This document shows, in pieces, positions 12,250 through 25,814 of a stretch of DNA of 64,000 bases; the stretch's first letter is position 1; each line of letters begins with the position of its first letter. The translations under genes were made by a program, and so were the position numbers. The notes under the pieces were generated by a model. It saw only the letters and a list, made by a program, of their open reading frames with translations, made no database searches and was not told where the DNA came from. Origin of the DNA: Octopus vulgaris (lineage: Eukaryota); contig OX597826.1 of the NCBI GenBank assembly GCA_951406725.2, forward strand, positions 14,508,001 through 14,572,000, written 5' to 3'.

Positions 12250-13490
12250 ATACCAAAAGCCTGACTCCAATCTTAAGTATATAACTATTGGAAGTAATCG
12301 TGTCGGATCTGGAAAAATATTTTTGTTTACGATATTTTTAATAAGGATATTTTTAAACAGAAACGCTGACTATTATATTATAGCACTCAGCAAAGCTGGG
12401 TATGAACAGAAATCAATGCATTATGCGCAAAAAAAGGACCATGGTTGCTCTGATTGCGTGGATGTTACTCAAAATAGCAATCATTTTAAAGGACACGGTA
12501 GAATTAGAAATAGGTGTAGAAATAATAAGGGTAAACGTCCAATAAATAACAATGATATACAGAATATGAAAACCAATTTACTGTCTTGTTCATCGGATAC
12601 TTATCATTAAGTTAGGACTTGGAGCAGTTGAACGAAAGACAAAGCACTTATATGTATAGTAAGGTTCGAAAATTCGAAAATTGTCACGTATCCTCTGATA
12701 AGAACAACCTTATTTGGATGATTATTCCATTCGCCAAACAAATTAAGAATAATTTAGTAGGATTCTTATACAAATATTTTTATAAGCGTTTTGTCAAGGG
12801 AAATAGGTATTATGATATAATTAACCGTAGAATTTTCAGAGTTGCATTTTCGGTCTCTAACAGGTCCCAGATTATTTCTTCACCTAATGAACGAAGATCA
12901 TCTGATTTTTATAACAATAAACATATAATTAAATGCAACAATTATGGAAAAAATGTACCAGGAGAAATAACCCACATTAAATCTCATCTCAACCTGAAGA
13001 GTATAGGTAACACTGTAAATAGCAATTACACCGTATGTAAAGTTATAAATCAAAATAATATGAATAGTAATGATAATATGCATTGTGATTGCAAGGTTAA
13101 ATGTAACTGTTTATTTAAAGATCGTTGTAATCAAAAGAATGTAGTATATAATTGTAGAGTGATATCTGAAGATAAAAGTTTGTTTTACATCGGGATAACG
13201 GAAATTTACATAAAAAATGCATCTCGAATTGCTTTACACCTTCAGTAATAGAAACAAGTCATATAGTCCCAGCCTCAGTAAATTTATTTCAGAATTAAAA
13301 GACAAGAATAAAATCTTTTCTATGGAGATTGTAAGCAAGACTAGTGCCTAAATTTGGAAACACCTTTTGTTTTCGCTGTATGGAGGAACTTTTTCAAATC
13401 TTGTATTCAAGGCATCGACTCCTGAATGCGCGGCGGGAGACTGATTTTTTCTGTGTTCACGCCTGTAAATATGTTTTCAAAAACAGCCAT
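12250..13490 (+). pseudogene. Penelope-like element 3' ORF (RT thumb + GIY-YIG endonuclease), Naiad-like, decayed
   Basis: KPDSNLKYITIGSN; IFxNRNADYYIIALSKAGY; NLIWMIIPFAKQIKNN; CDCKVKCNCLFKDRCNQKNVVYNC...FYIGITE; downstream SLSKFISELKDKN, CFRCMEE and LLNARRETDFFCVH. Confidence 0.8.
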
Positions 13491-14499
13491 TAGATGTGAT
13501 TTAAAGAATAAATTATATGTAATTATAAATTACTGGAACCTTGAATCAGGCGGTATCTCATTATTAATATGCTTACATCTGTAACTAAAACGATTGAATA
13601 ATTCTTAATAGATATCGTGTCAATATCAAAGTATAAATGAAATGGTTAATATGAATATAAGGTTTTATGTATATGTAACAGTAGTATATATTATATATAG
13701 TTTACTTAAATTTTAATTTAGGCATGAACGTCGAGAATCTGTTATTAATGCTTATGAATGGTTAATTCATATAATTTCATATATACAGGTATTTGATTAT
13801 GCAATTGTTTACCTGTATAATGGGATCCAGTTGTATTTCCTCAGGTAATTTTCAATTGTTGTCCCCGTTAGTAGAAAAGCTCGACTTCGATGCCAGCACA
13901 TCCAGCTGATTTGTTTGAATTCAGTCGACGCTGGCAGCTTCATTCCGATTGCTGTTAACGTGGTTCTGCGTGCTTGCTATGATATTGGATGTATTGACTG
14001 TTTATTTAGATACTATCAGATCTTTGGTTTGCTCTTCATATTAAGCTTCACATGTGAAATATTATTATCCAAAATGTTCATTTTTTAGTTGGAATGGGGA
14101 TCTCCTTTAACGAGAAGTCTAGAATTCTTTGACCCTTTGTAGCACTCTGAAACAAACAAAAGAGACTTCGATCAATTATCTGGTTTCTGTCAATGCCATT
14201 TACAATATATTCCGTTAGGAACGTAGCAGAGGGCTGTATAGATCTCGTTTATCCTTAGAATTACCGAATAGCTGATAAAAATACGATAAACTTCCAAGTC
14301 TAGATTTTCACATTCGTCGAGTGTGAAAATAATATTGAATAATTTCCTAACGAATATACCTTATATAACATTGACAAAAACCAGATAAACGGGTTTGGAT
14401 AAATATTTTAGAAAATGTTTAGTTTCATTTGTTAATATTTATATTAACGACATCAGAGATTGTTGAAAATCGGATGTAATTTATGTCCAACAAAAAACT

Positions 14500-14617
14500 G
14501 ATAATGATAATGATGAATATGATGATGATGATGATGATGATGATGATGGTACTGCTGCTGACGGTATTGATAATATTGATGATGATGATGACGACGACTA
14601 CGATGATAATAATGATG
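14500..14617. repeat. (GAT)n-rich microsatellite
   Basis: Direct reading. Confidence 0.9.
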
Positions 14618-14819
14618 GCGAAGATAGAATTCAGAACGATAAACATTGTATGGGAAATAATCCGTTAAATGGTTCTTAATAATCCATTAAAAATGGTTTA
14701 AAAATAATTTTCACTGAAATATTCTTCAATTATTGAATTTTAGAAATTAAGTATGCCTAACTGACCTCTGAAAAGAAGTTTAATCCGAAAAAGCTTATTT
14801 TATCTTCAGGCTGAATATG

Positions 14820-15733
14820 CTGGAGTCCTCCAGACGGTAATAAATGGTAGGTGGCGTGGAGTGCGGACAATGAGGTTGGAGACAGTGGTAAGGAGACAGG
14901 AGAATGAGATGCGGTCATGGATAGTGGAGGACACTGCTGTTGGTAGTTGGGTGTGGGACTGGAGGGCAGAGGGCAATAGAAGGAAGTGTCTTGAGTTGGC
15001 AGAGAGCTTCAGTCTTGTAGAGGTCTGCGCCCCACATCACCACGGCTTCACACTTGCCGGTCGGTTTTATCGTGCTGTCTTTGTGGTGGCGTCGGAGGCA
15101 TAGAAAAGCCGAAAGTTCGGCTGGGGATCTTAAAATGTCTGGGACGCCTGCAATAGTTAAACTGGTCCACAGCAATGTGGTAGACGCAAAGTGATCAACT
15201 GCTTGGAACTGGCCAGGAGCTGGCGTCGAGTGTGATGGTCGGCGGCCCAGGTCGGTGAAGTAGTCCTCTTAGATGCAGTTGAGGTGTTGTGGAATTGTGC
15301 ACATAGCCTGACGCGGCGCACAAAGCTATGAACATCCGCACGGATCAGAAATTCGTTACAGGATGGAGTGAGAGGGATGAAGCGCAGACCCTTACTGAGA
15401 AGAGAGTGCTTCACTTTGAGAGGGATAGATCAGGAGGAATGGTAACAACAGGCTGAAGTGCGGAGGGGTAGTGGGAGCAGAGTAACATCGGGTGAGACAG
15501 AACTAAGGAATGAGTGGAGTTTATGTTGTTTAGTGCGAGCGAGGAACTCGTGGAAAATATGATTTAAATGAATTATGAAGTGTAGGGTGAAATGTGCAAT
15601 GGAAGGTGAAAGGCAAGAGAAAGAGGTGGAATAAGAAGAGTTCTCTAGAAAATTTAGCACACCAGAAACGTAAGCGAGCAAGACAAATGAAAAATAACAA
15701 AAATATAGTTTAATCCCAAACAATTTTTTCACT

Positions 15734-15745
<12 letters not shown>
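14820..15745 (-). mobile_element. Penelope-like element 5' part (partial LTR + N-terminal ORF), decayed
   Basis: Minus-strand LLSKGLRFIP, TIKPTGKCEAVVMWGADLYKTEALCQL (cf. IKPADKGGAVVVW) and SNLIVRTPR motifs; 15669-15745 is an inverted copy of the ribozyme-bearing segment at ~15997-16073. Confidence 0.85.
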
Positions 15746-15817
<72 letters not shown>

Positions 15818-15952
15818 TATACATATATATATATAATTAAAATCAAAATGAGGGTGAAAAATTGGATATTAATTTAATAACATCAATTTAACTACATGCA
15901 TTTTCGACCTCGTAATTGGCATGTAATTCCACAAATTATATCTTACTATGAG

Positions 15953-16031
15953 GATCTCACTGACGATCTACAGATAAGTTATGTAAGTAAAATTACATAA
16001 TTTATTAATAGTGAAACAATTGTTTGGGATT
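15953..16031 (+). ncRNA. type-I hammerhead ribozyme, palindromic stem III, long stem II
   Basis: GATCTCA (stem I)-CTGACGA-TCTA...ATAAGTTATGTAA/TTACATAATTTAT...TAGT-GAAAC-AATT-GTT-TGGGATT. Stem I is 7 bp with wobbles; the first stem II pair is a U-U mismatch. Confidence 0.75.
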
Positions 16032-16089
16032 AATCTATATTTTTGTTATTTTTCATTTGTCTTGCTCGCTTACATATGTGTGTATGTAC

Positions 16090-16141
<52 letters not shown>

Positions 16142-16489
16142 ATGGATGGATTTATGTCTACTCATATACGGATAAACATTGAAAATCTGTCACTTGTTTC
16201 ACAATTATTCCGCAGACTGGATAAAAACTAATTCACAATGAATGCAGTATTAGTATCGAATAGCATTTTTTATAACCTACTTAATGTGGATATACGGTAA
16301 GAACGAACGCCATACGAATATGGTATGCCTATTGAGTATATGTTATTCCTATTAAGAACTCCTATTGAGAAAGAATCGTATATTGTCATACGAGCATAGA
16401 GAACTTATGTTAGTATAGACTTACACACACACACACATACGAACACACAAACAGACGAACACACACACACACACATGCATACATATATA

Positions 16490-17345
16490 CGAGGTTTGAT
16501 CAATAGGTATCCGGACTGCTGCCATAGTAGCAAAGCTAAAGCCCGCAGACTGAAGCTGCTTGGCACAGATTGACCTTAAGCTATTCTGTGCATGTTTTAA
16601 CGTTCTAGCTCACTTCTGATGTTTACAACAGTGCTTGGAAGGAAGGTGTGTAGCGTGCGACCGTCGCATTCGCAATGACAGAGAAATTTGAGCAGAGAAT
16701 TTGCATCAAATTTTGCCAAAAATAAAGTTTTCTAAAGTGTTTCATCGTTCTCGATACAATCAAGATATTGTGCTGCTGAAAATCCAGTGTCTTTTTGGTT
16801 ACCTGAAAACAGTTTTGGCAGAAACTTGGCAGAAATGCTTCTCATACCCAAATCTTCAGTGATAATGGTGTGAATTGAACCGTGTCTTATCTGCACATCG
16901 TCTGACAACTCACGGGCGGTGATATGACGACTTCCCCTCACAGCTGTACGCACATCTGTGATGTTTTCCTCTGTTCCGCTGGTTGCAGGTCTCCCAGAAC
17001 GTTCGTCAATAGCGACATTCTTCGTCCATGTCTTCGAAACGTTTGAACCCCTAATGCACTTGTGTGCGACTCATACACTCTTCTCCATAAAGTTGCTGCA
17101 AATTTGTGTAGGCTTCTGAGCAGGTGTCGCTATGACAACTTTCCCTGTCATGGCCAATGCGACGATCACACGCTATACACGTTCCCTCCAAGCATTGCTG
17201 TAAACAGTGGAAGTGAGGTAGAGCGTTAAGACTTAGTGCGCATGCACAGCACACTGCAAGGTCAATTTGTGCTTAGCTGCTTTACTTTGCGTGCTTTAGC
17301 TTTGTTACTATAGTAACAATCCGAATACTTGTTGATCAGACATCG
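16490..17345 (-). mobile_element. non-autonomous mariner derivative with two 5' ends (long inverted termini)
   Basis: TA-flanked ends CGAGGTTTGATCAATAGGTATCCGGA / TCCGAATACTTGTTGATCAGACATCG. About 200 bp of inverted 5'UTR on each side; plus strand MTEKFEQRICIKFCQ, minus strand YGEECMSRTQVH...ERSGRP...AKFLPKL. No catalytic domain. Confidence 0.88.
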
Positions 17346-17401
17346 TATATACATATATATATATATATATATATAGGAAAAAAGCAACAAGAATGGATCA
17401 A

Positions 17402-17495
17402 TATATCGGTACAATTGTTTCGTACGAGGACATCTTTAATAAAGCTACAAAAATTGCAGTAAATATAGGTGGCTCGTACTCATCAGCCGAAAACA
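17402..17495 (-). ncRNA. type-I hammerhead ribozyme, intact core
   Basis: Minus strand TTCGG-CTGATGA-GTACGAG...(44 nt)...CTCGTAC-GAAAC-AATT-GTA-CCGA. Perfect 7-bp stem II, palindromic stem III, GUA cleavage triplet. Confidence 0.85.
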
Positions 17496-17865
17496 CATCA
17501 GAGATTCCCAAACATCAAAGGGGGTAATGTTACACTTATGAAACATCATGGAAAATTCTATAAAAATGAGAATTTAGATAACATATTGGTTTCTAAGAGC
17601 TCAATTAGTATTACACAGTCATATATCAGGTTATTAAAAAGTTTTTTCAAAACATCCTAGTTTTCCAGAGAGTGAAGATAAAAATGAGGGTGTGAGTTTA
17701 ACTGTATTGAAGAAAGTTTGATTCCTGGAGATCCGATGAGAGGTCTTGAACTTACAGAATATGTGCTTGTCTATATATAGTTCATAGTAAATTGTTAATC
17801 AAGCTATGTGAAGAAATTTTGGATACAATCGTGCGAAATTTCTGAGAACTGCTGTATTATAATCC

Positions 17866-17900
<35 letters not shown>

Positions 17901-18896
17901 TGTCTTAGTAACAGTAATATGATGTCTACTATGTATAAATATCGATGAAATTTCAGAACGTATTTTCATGGAAACAATCAAATCAAGATTGAATATTATC
18001 TGTAACAGTCAGAAGAACGGTTATTGAAAATTTATATAACAGAGACGAATTTGAAAACTAATTAAATTACAAGTAATTTAAGAATGAATAAGCGTGATAT
18101 ATGAAGATTCTATCAACGATTCATGTAAATATAACCAATCTGTCCTATGAGAATTAGAAGGTTATGCCTATAAAATTCTACGATACACAATATTGATTAT
18201 GCGATGGCCAAATAAAACCCAAACTGCTAGTGGAGAAAATAGGATTGCTGTGTATCGATTCCTCAAACAGAATTTTGCCTCAAAACTTCTGCTTAGTAAT
18301 AACAATTTAAATGGCTTGCTCACAAAACATTCTGAAATAGCACTGAAACAAGAAGCTATTCACAGAAAAGAACCTGATATCGTCATTCTAAATATTTTAC
18401 AACAATATTGTACGACAATAGTAACTTGAGTAACCTTATCTCGATTTACATCATTGTTAAGCAATTACAACTATTTTCATAAAGGTAATGGTTGAAAGAA
18501 TTAGCAGACCGTCAGGCAAAGTACCATGCAGTGTTAGTTGTAATTCATTACGTTCTGAGTTCAAATTTCACTGAATACAAGTCTTCAATTCCCATACTTA
18601 CATTTTATTCAAACTACGTAACAGACAAGTATTGACGTCGACGTAATTTGATATACGTATCTACAGATTTCGTGCGTTGGATGGCAGAAGTGGTCGAGCG
18701 TTATTTCGTTACGAATCCAGTTATATTTCGATTTCAAGTTTTGTTTTCAGAATTGAGTTTGAGATTCATTGACCTGGGATTTAAAAATATATAATCGCCA
18801 TCAAGATCGGGTTTCATATGAAAAGCTTTTCACCAAAATGCTTTTGCCATTCGTTCTACTTTGGTAATCAATATCTTCATAGCAATGTTACTTTTA

Positions 18897-18921
18897 ATCA
18901 TTACCGCCACCACAACCATCG

Positions 18922-18977
<56 letters not shown>

Positions 18978-19005
18978 GTCGTCGTTGTTGTCATCATCAT
19001 CATCA
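18897..19005. repeat. (CAT)n microsatellite
   Basis: Direct reading; source of the poly-His and poly-Met ORFs. Confidence 0.95.
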
Positions 19006-22000
19006 TGTGTTCCTTATATGTATTTCTTCGATGACAAAAGATAACTTTTAAGAAGAATGTTTTTTTCGGAAGAATGTTCAACGTTATGCGAGAAACTCTG
19101 GACTATTAAAAGTTTTTCGTTATACAAGTGTAAGGTCTCGATTCAAGACATGCTGTATATTACTGGTATAACTTTTTACACTTCACCTTAAAATATTGAA
19201 AGAGAAAGCTGGCCTTGTCGTGATTTGAATACAAAAAGTTATTAGTCTCTTCCAACAGAAAGCGTGGAAGACTTATCAACTTATACTTTGTTTAAGATAT
19301 TAAGAAGAAGCAAAAGGATAAGCTTAGTGGGTTTACAAAGATACAAAAACGCTGCAATGCACTCACACGGACACACATTTCAATTTGTTGTGTGGCAAAC
19401 GGCTTTAGGAGATTAGGATTCGAAGAATGTATAATACATCTAAGTCACACAAGTGAGGTAATCTGGCAGGGTTAGTGTTAATAAGGACATCAATACTTCA
19501 TTGAGATGCGTTTGCACCAAGATTAAAAGCCAATAACAAACTTTACAAATACACGGAGAACGAAAGTAAGATTATTAAAAACAACCAATAGACAATTAGG
19601 CATTAAACCTGGACGTGTTTATGAAAATGATTGTCTGTTTTACCTAATAGAGCATCAACATGGCGTTAATGGTACAATACACAATATGTTTTATTATATT
19701 TAATTTGTTCCATTACAACTAAAGGAGAGAGATGGAAATACTGATAAAAGAGAAGTAGAAATATGTTTAACATGCTGACTCTGATAAGCCATCTTCGTGC
19801 TATGGAGCGAATGAAAATAAAACGTTAAAATGAATCGTTAAATTTAAACATTTGTTATGATGTGTAGAAATACGCAGCTTAGCAGCTAATAAATTTTGGC
19901 AGACTACAAGCATTTCACCATTGTTGATCAATGAGTTTTTAAATGATTGAATATGTTATTTTACTTGTTACACAAATTTCGCATATACCAAAATCCAAAA
20001 TAGAACGGCGAACCCCAGTAACGTATTAAGTATTAATATGACTTTTTTCAAAAGCACTGTGTCAAATATGCAGAGATATGATGGTACTTAGTAAAACATT
20101 ATATTTATTAAACTCAATAAGTGTTGGAGAATTTATCGTCACTTTTTGGGGGGATATCAATTTGGTTAATATGAATATTCAATAGAAATAACATTCGTAT
20201 GCTTAAAATATAATTTCTCACTAACGTTTCTGAATAAATGAAAATTGCATTTCGGATTCACTATTGTTAACGACCATAGTCGATTTATTCTTACACATTT
20301 TAACCTTTCTAGTTCATATACTAGTCTTCCTCAACTAGTCTTCCCCAACTCTCAGAAACATTACATAATTTGTTATGTTCATCAATTTCAGTGACAGCTG
20401 TCAACACACATCTGATTTCTTCTAACAATGATGAAATTCATGACCCATCTTTTCTCGTGGGGGTTGACAGTTTCTTATTTTGCAATGATTGTAAACGTAT
20501 TAGCAACGTGTAACAGTGTATGATATTCTTATATTACGTAAGCAATAATCGCCAATATGAGCACAAATATGCCTCATGAATTTCTTCTTTTCCAATATTG
20601 GTTCCGAACATTTCTTAACTCATTCGAATCGACGAAAACGCCCAAATAACTCATAACACTGCATCAATCTGATACGCACATTGTATTCAATGAAACTTCT
20701 TGAGCCGAATACATGAAACCTAATTCATATACATGAGAAGCTTTTGAAAAGATTTTATACATTGGAGATGCTTTCTTTGGTATACAGCATCGCAAGTCTT
20801 TTCATTCAAACTTGCTCTTCCCTGAATTTTCCTAAACTCACGCCTTCTATTTCATTTTTATCCTTTTCACATTCCCACTGCCTTTGAAATTCAAGACAGC
20901 GCAATAATCACTACATTAAACAAATATTCTTGGATAGTTTCCCTCTGGAGATTTGTTCTCCCTCTGTTTTATTCAATATTTAAAATTAACTCTAAATCCT
21001 ACCATTCTTATCAACTTTTGTTTTCATATGAGAAAAGTTTGAAAAAGTTCCAGATACACTTCTTTATTTGTACTATCGAAAATAATCAAATTTAGAGAAG
21101 TCTCTGTATTCCATCTATAGCTGAGTTTATTCTGCAACATTATCCGATTGCTAAATACTTTATCTTCAGACATTTTAAGTTCTTGATTTGTCTGTTATGA
21201 AGCCTTTTCCTAAATAGATCTGTCGGTCGAAATCAATATTTACATATTTGTGGATTTCTCACTGTTGTTTCACTGAGAACTGACTACTGTCTGCATAATA
21301 TATTCTCATGGGAGTTGTTCCTCTTTCATGGGGCATCATTCTAATGCTGATTATGAACAGTGCTTCACTTATCATTTAAACAAGAGTTATTTCCTGAGTA
21401 ATATTCATCTTATCATCACAAAAGTCTGAATTAATAGTGATAAGCAATTATTTCTCTCTGACACTAAAGTTATAAATCTGTCCATAAGTTTCTTCTTTAG
21501 ATATATGAAGAACATGAAGGGACATAATAATGAACACCTCCTTTAAAAAAATAGTTGTTTCGTGTTAAAATACTATTGAGTACAACAAAAAAAGTATATT
21601 TTTTGAAATAAATATTTGATTCTGATTTCGGAATGTATAAACAGTGAAGGTGTCATAAATGAATATTTAATAAGATGAATATTTCGTATACAAGTTCTAG
21701 ACATATAAAATCTTCGTGATATATCCGGCTGTCCTCTAAATTAGGGGACATCACCAATAATAAACTGAACGATTTACTGAAACTACTGAGTTAATTGAAG
21801 TCTGAAATAATTTCACAAATTACAATTGTATTTATTTTGAAAAAAACTATTATTAATAGGAAACACAATTGATACACAGTCGGCTACCACAGTAAAGACA
21901 TACATTTTCGAATAGTGTTATATACGTGTAACGTTTTACCTCTATTTGAACCAAGGAATATTATGATTAAGACTAGCTCCTTATAAAATTTAATTCCACA

Positions 22001-22528
22001 CTCTCCCAACGACACCCCAGTTCAACTGAATCTTATAGCAGCAATTACTGTTACTTACAAGTTAAAAAATTTCCACTGAGTAATTTGATACCAGATCTAA
22101 ACGGCAAATGCCTCGATAATACACTACGATTTGCGTGATTATTCCTGAAATTTAATAATCTATTTCTGTGTGTCAGTCTCCCTGCCTGTCTGTCTCACAC
22201 CCTACTCCACCCTTCCCATTCTCTGTCTCTGACTTGTCAACTAGAATAGAGTGAAAGTAGTGCTAACAAATCTTTTTGCTCAAGTCATTACTTTATATCC
22301 AGAAGATATTGCAGCTTAAACCATTACTCCAAAACTACATTCTTTCAAGAGATACATATGTAGCTAGCCGCTCCTCCATTTGTCTGGTTTCTGTAGCTAA
22401 TTGCAGTGAGTCGCTCAAAATTTAAGTAACGACGACAAGTTACATTGTTACCAGATTTTAAAACACATGCCATTGAATATTCAACAAGTATTACACCCAG
22501 CACAGCTTTACGTCGGATTATGAATACC

Positions 22529-22761
22529 TTTTTTTTTATTGCCCACAATAGGCTAATCATAGAGGGGACAAACAAGTACAGACAAACGGATTAAGTCGAT
22601 TACATCGACCCCAGTGAGTAACTGGTACTTAATTTATCGACCCCGAAAGGATGAAAAGCAAAGTCGACCTTGGCGGAATTTGAACTCAGAGCGCAGCGGC
22701 GAACGAAATACCACAAAGCATTTCGCCTGGCGTGCTAACGTCTCTGCCAACTCGCTGCCTT
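22529..22761 (-). mobile_element. tRNA-derived SINE, family B, full length with A-rich tail and 16-bp TSD
   Basis: TCGGATTATGAATACC duplicated at 22513-22528 and 22762-22777; poly-T at the left end; B-box GAGTTCAAATTCC on the minus strand. Confidence 0.92.
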
Positions 22762-25700
22762 TCGGATTATGAATACCGTAGTGATCAAGAGCTTTGCTAT
22801 CACACCTTAGAGTAAAAATCAGTCCCACTAGATTGAAGAGAACCTGCGTACTTCTAATGGAATTCTTGTTTATTTAGTTTTAAATTTTAGGTTTTTTTGT
22901 GCTGAATGATAATTCGCAACATTTCAATTTCTACAAGTTTCACGTAAAATATATACTTGTAACTTTCAGCATAACATAGTGGCTTGGAATTCTGTAGAAA
23001 GTGCGACACTGTAAAGCATAACTTGAATTTATGAATACGATCGTGCATAATGCAATCATTACAAAACTCAATTGACTTTACAAGCATATTATGTAAACGT
23101 TGCTGTTATTAAACAGTAAAATGAAATTTATTTTTGTGAGCTTTGGTTACCGTCCACTTTTAAGCCTATATTTTCAAAATGTTTGTAGAAATCGCTTGAC
23201 ATTTTATTGCTGTTGTATTAAAATGAATTAATACCCATTTAAACTGATCCTGGCCTGCACTATTGGTGGAACATAAAAATATGAAGTAGAACATGAAACA
23301 AATACGGATTATTCTTGGAATGTAGTTTGTGGCAAAATTTTAGCAGCGTTAAAAATGGGAGACGACATTAGGTAGTATCACGCTACACGTACCAAATTTT
23401 ATGTTCCTTCGGAAGTATCGACAATATCTCCACGGCAAATTTCTATATAACATAAGAAATGAATAAGACCCCGCACTCGTGACTCAAGCCGCCAAACACA
23501 GTCATTCAGAGGCCTTTGAATGTGCTTAGGTCCTTCCTGTTCAGGGTAAAAAAATGACTGAGACATCTTTGAAATGTTATGCGAGTCCAGAAAAAACACT
23601 GTTGAACATCGGCCATATTTGTCCAGCGTATCCTAAACAATTTCAAAAACTCCAGTGGGTTATAAGAAGTATCGCCGGGTATCAAATGATTTCAGCCAGC
23701 GTTCGGATATGTGGTATATGAAAACATCAGATACATTTCCTATGCGATTCACTTCGCAATCACATAACTATGAGTGCACAATTTCTATAACTTTTAATAT
23801 ATTTGAGAGAACGAAACAACTATAAAATACGTTGGTAGAAAATATTGGCGATTTTACTGAGGTTACCACAATAATAATTGCATATGTTTGAGCGAGCGCG
23901 TGTATATATTTGTGTGTGTATATATGTCTGTGTAATTGCGTGTGTGCGTAAATGACTGCAGTTCTTCATGCCGGGGAAGAATGGCGTAAAATACTAGTGA
24001 CATTCATGCCCTATAGGGTTAGGGTGACAACCACCTAGATGAACATAATGTACATTTGGGTCACTCTTTAAACATTAATCGTTACAGTTAGTATTAAACG
24101 ACATATTAAGCCAATAAAAAGTGTAAAAAATGAAAGTTTTGCAGCATCGATTTAGAAGTTATCCCATTATATATTATAATCTCGTAGGAATTAGAGATGG
24201 TAAAAACTTCTAAATCTTCGACCGTATATCGAAACCGGGTCACGTTCATATCGCAATGGACATGTTTTTATACAATAATTTTATGTATATCTACACATTA
24301 TTTGCTAACGACATGGTCGCACTTGCTGTATTTTAGAACATTTTATTTATTTTAATTTGATTGCATTTCAGTTTTTGAAAGATATAATTATGTTAAAACA
24401 GAAGACTGTTTCAGGTATATATTTCTATGAGAACAGTCTATCCCGTCTTGCAACTATGGATGACTTAATCTAAGTACCTCAAACAAGTTAGTTCTTAGTT
24501 TTATAACTCCACCGCTTCATACACTAGACAGAAGTCCCTCTGTTGTGGCACTTATTCGCTGCTAATGACCTGTGTACATCAATGGTTCTCAGAAAATGAG
24601 GCACGTTGTATTTATGTATTGAAAAACTGTCTCAGTGCGTTGCAATTTTTAAAAATATAATTCTCTGCTCGAGAAAACATACTAACGTTTGATCATCTTC
24701 GAAAACAATTTTTTGTATATAATTTAATAATGCAACAATATGATTAATAAAAGAAAACGAGAAATATGTTTCTATATTTTTTTGTAAACTTTCAAGTTCA
24801 AAACAATTTGCAAGTGAAATGCGCCAGCAATTTTTAACTTTTCAGGCGAAGTGCGCCAAGAATTCTCTTTGATCTTCAGACTATTGCGAAGTCAAAAAGA
24901 CTGACAACTGTTGACGGTTATTGAACAGTTTTCCTCAACGCATATGCATCTTTGCAAAGGAAATAGTGCAGAACTTAAGGCAATGTACAAACTTACAATA
25001 TTTTGTTCCGATCATATTTTCATATAAATTTTATAATTTTTTTCTTCCATTTCTCTTTATATTTTGTAGTACTTCAACTTTTCCCATTTTTTTTCTTTGA
25101 GTTTTATAAAAAAAATTTAACAATTTTCTATTACGAAAGTGAAATATATCTCAGTAACATGCAAGCAATTAAGAACTATCAAGATTCCATTTCAATCTAA
25201 TAAATCTACGTTCTTATTAAAACTAATGATTTATTTCACCATTTGCTCTTATTCTACTATTCAATTATTCCACAGTCATGCAATAGCGAACATCTTAGCA
25301 GCATTACCCAACCAACCATTGCAGTCAGCTCTTGTGTAGTTACAATTTTCTCTGTAATTTTATACGACAATTGTTGAGCTCTTATAACCTACAGAGACAA
25401 TTAGAAGACAATATCACATTTGACACTAAATAATTATATTATTTCCAATACTTGATCGGATGGTTTTGTGTTTCTTTCTTTCTTCTGTTTCCATCTAATC
25501 TAAATAGTCTGTGTATGTATGTGATTGTACGCCGGTAGTTTTCGATATTTTCCGAATATTTACGAAAAATAAATCCGCACTTCGCTGGGACAGTGTAAAC
25601 ACACTACACATAACAAACATAAGTGCAAGTATACATATAAGCACATATAAATATGTATATGTGTGCGTGTGAATTATGTGTTTGTGTGTGCATGTGTGTG

Positions 25701-25814
25701 TGTGTAGAGAGAGAGAGAGATAGAGTTTCTTAGTAAGCCACGAATTTGAATTTATTTGATATCTAATTGGTAATCAACGTACGTGCTCTAGTTTACCTAT
25801 GTTCTGTGAAGCTA

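Noticed and set aside
18818-19081. Poly-His and poly-Met ORFs; likewise poly-L/N/I/T ORFs at 11514, 14483, 37650 and 39219
   Set aside because: Trinucleotide microsatellites with no coding context.
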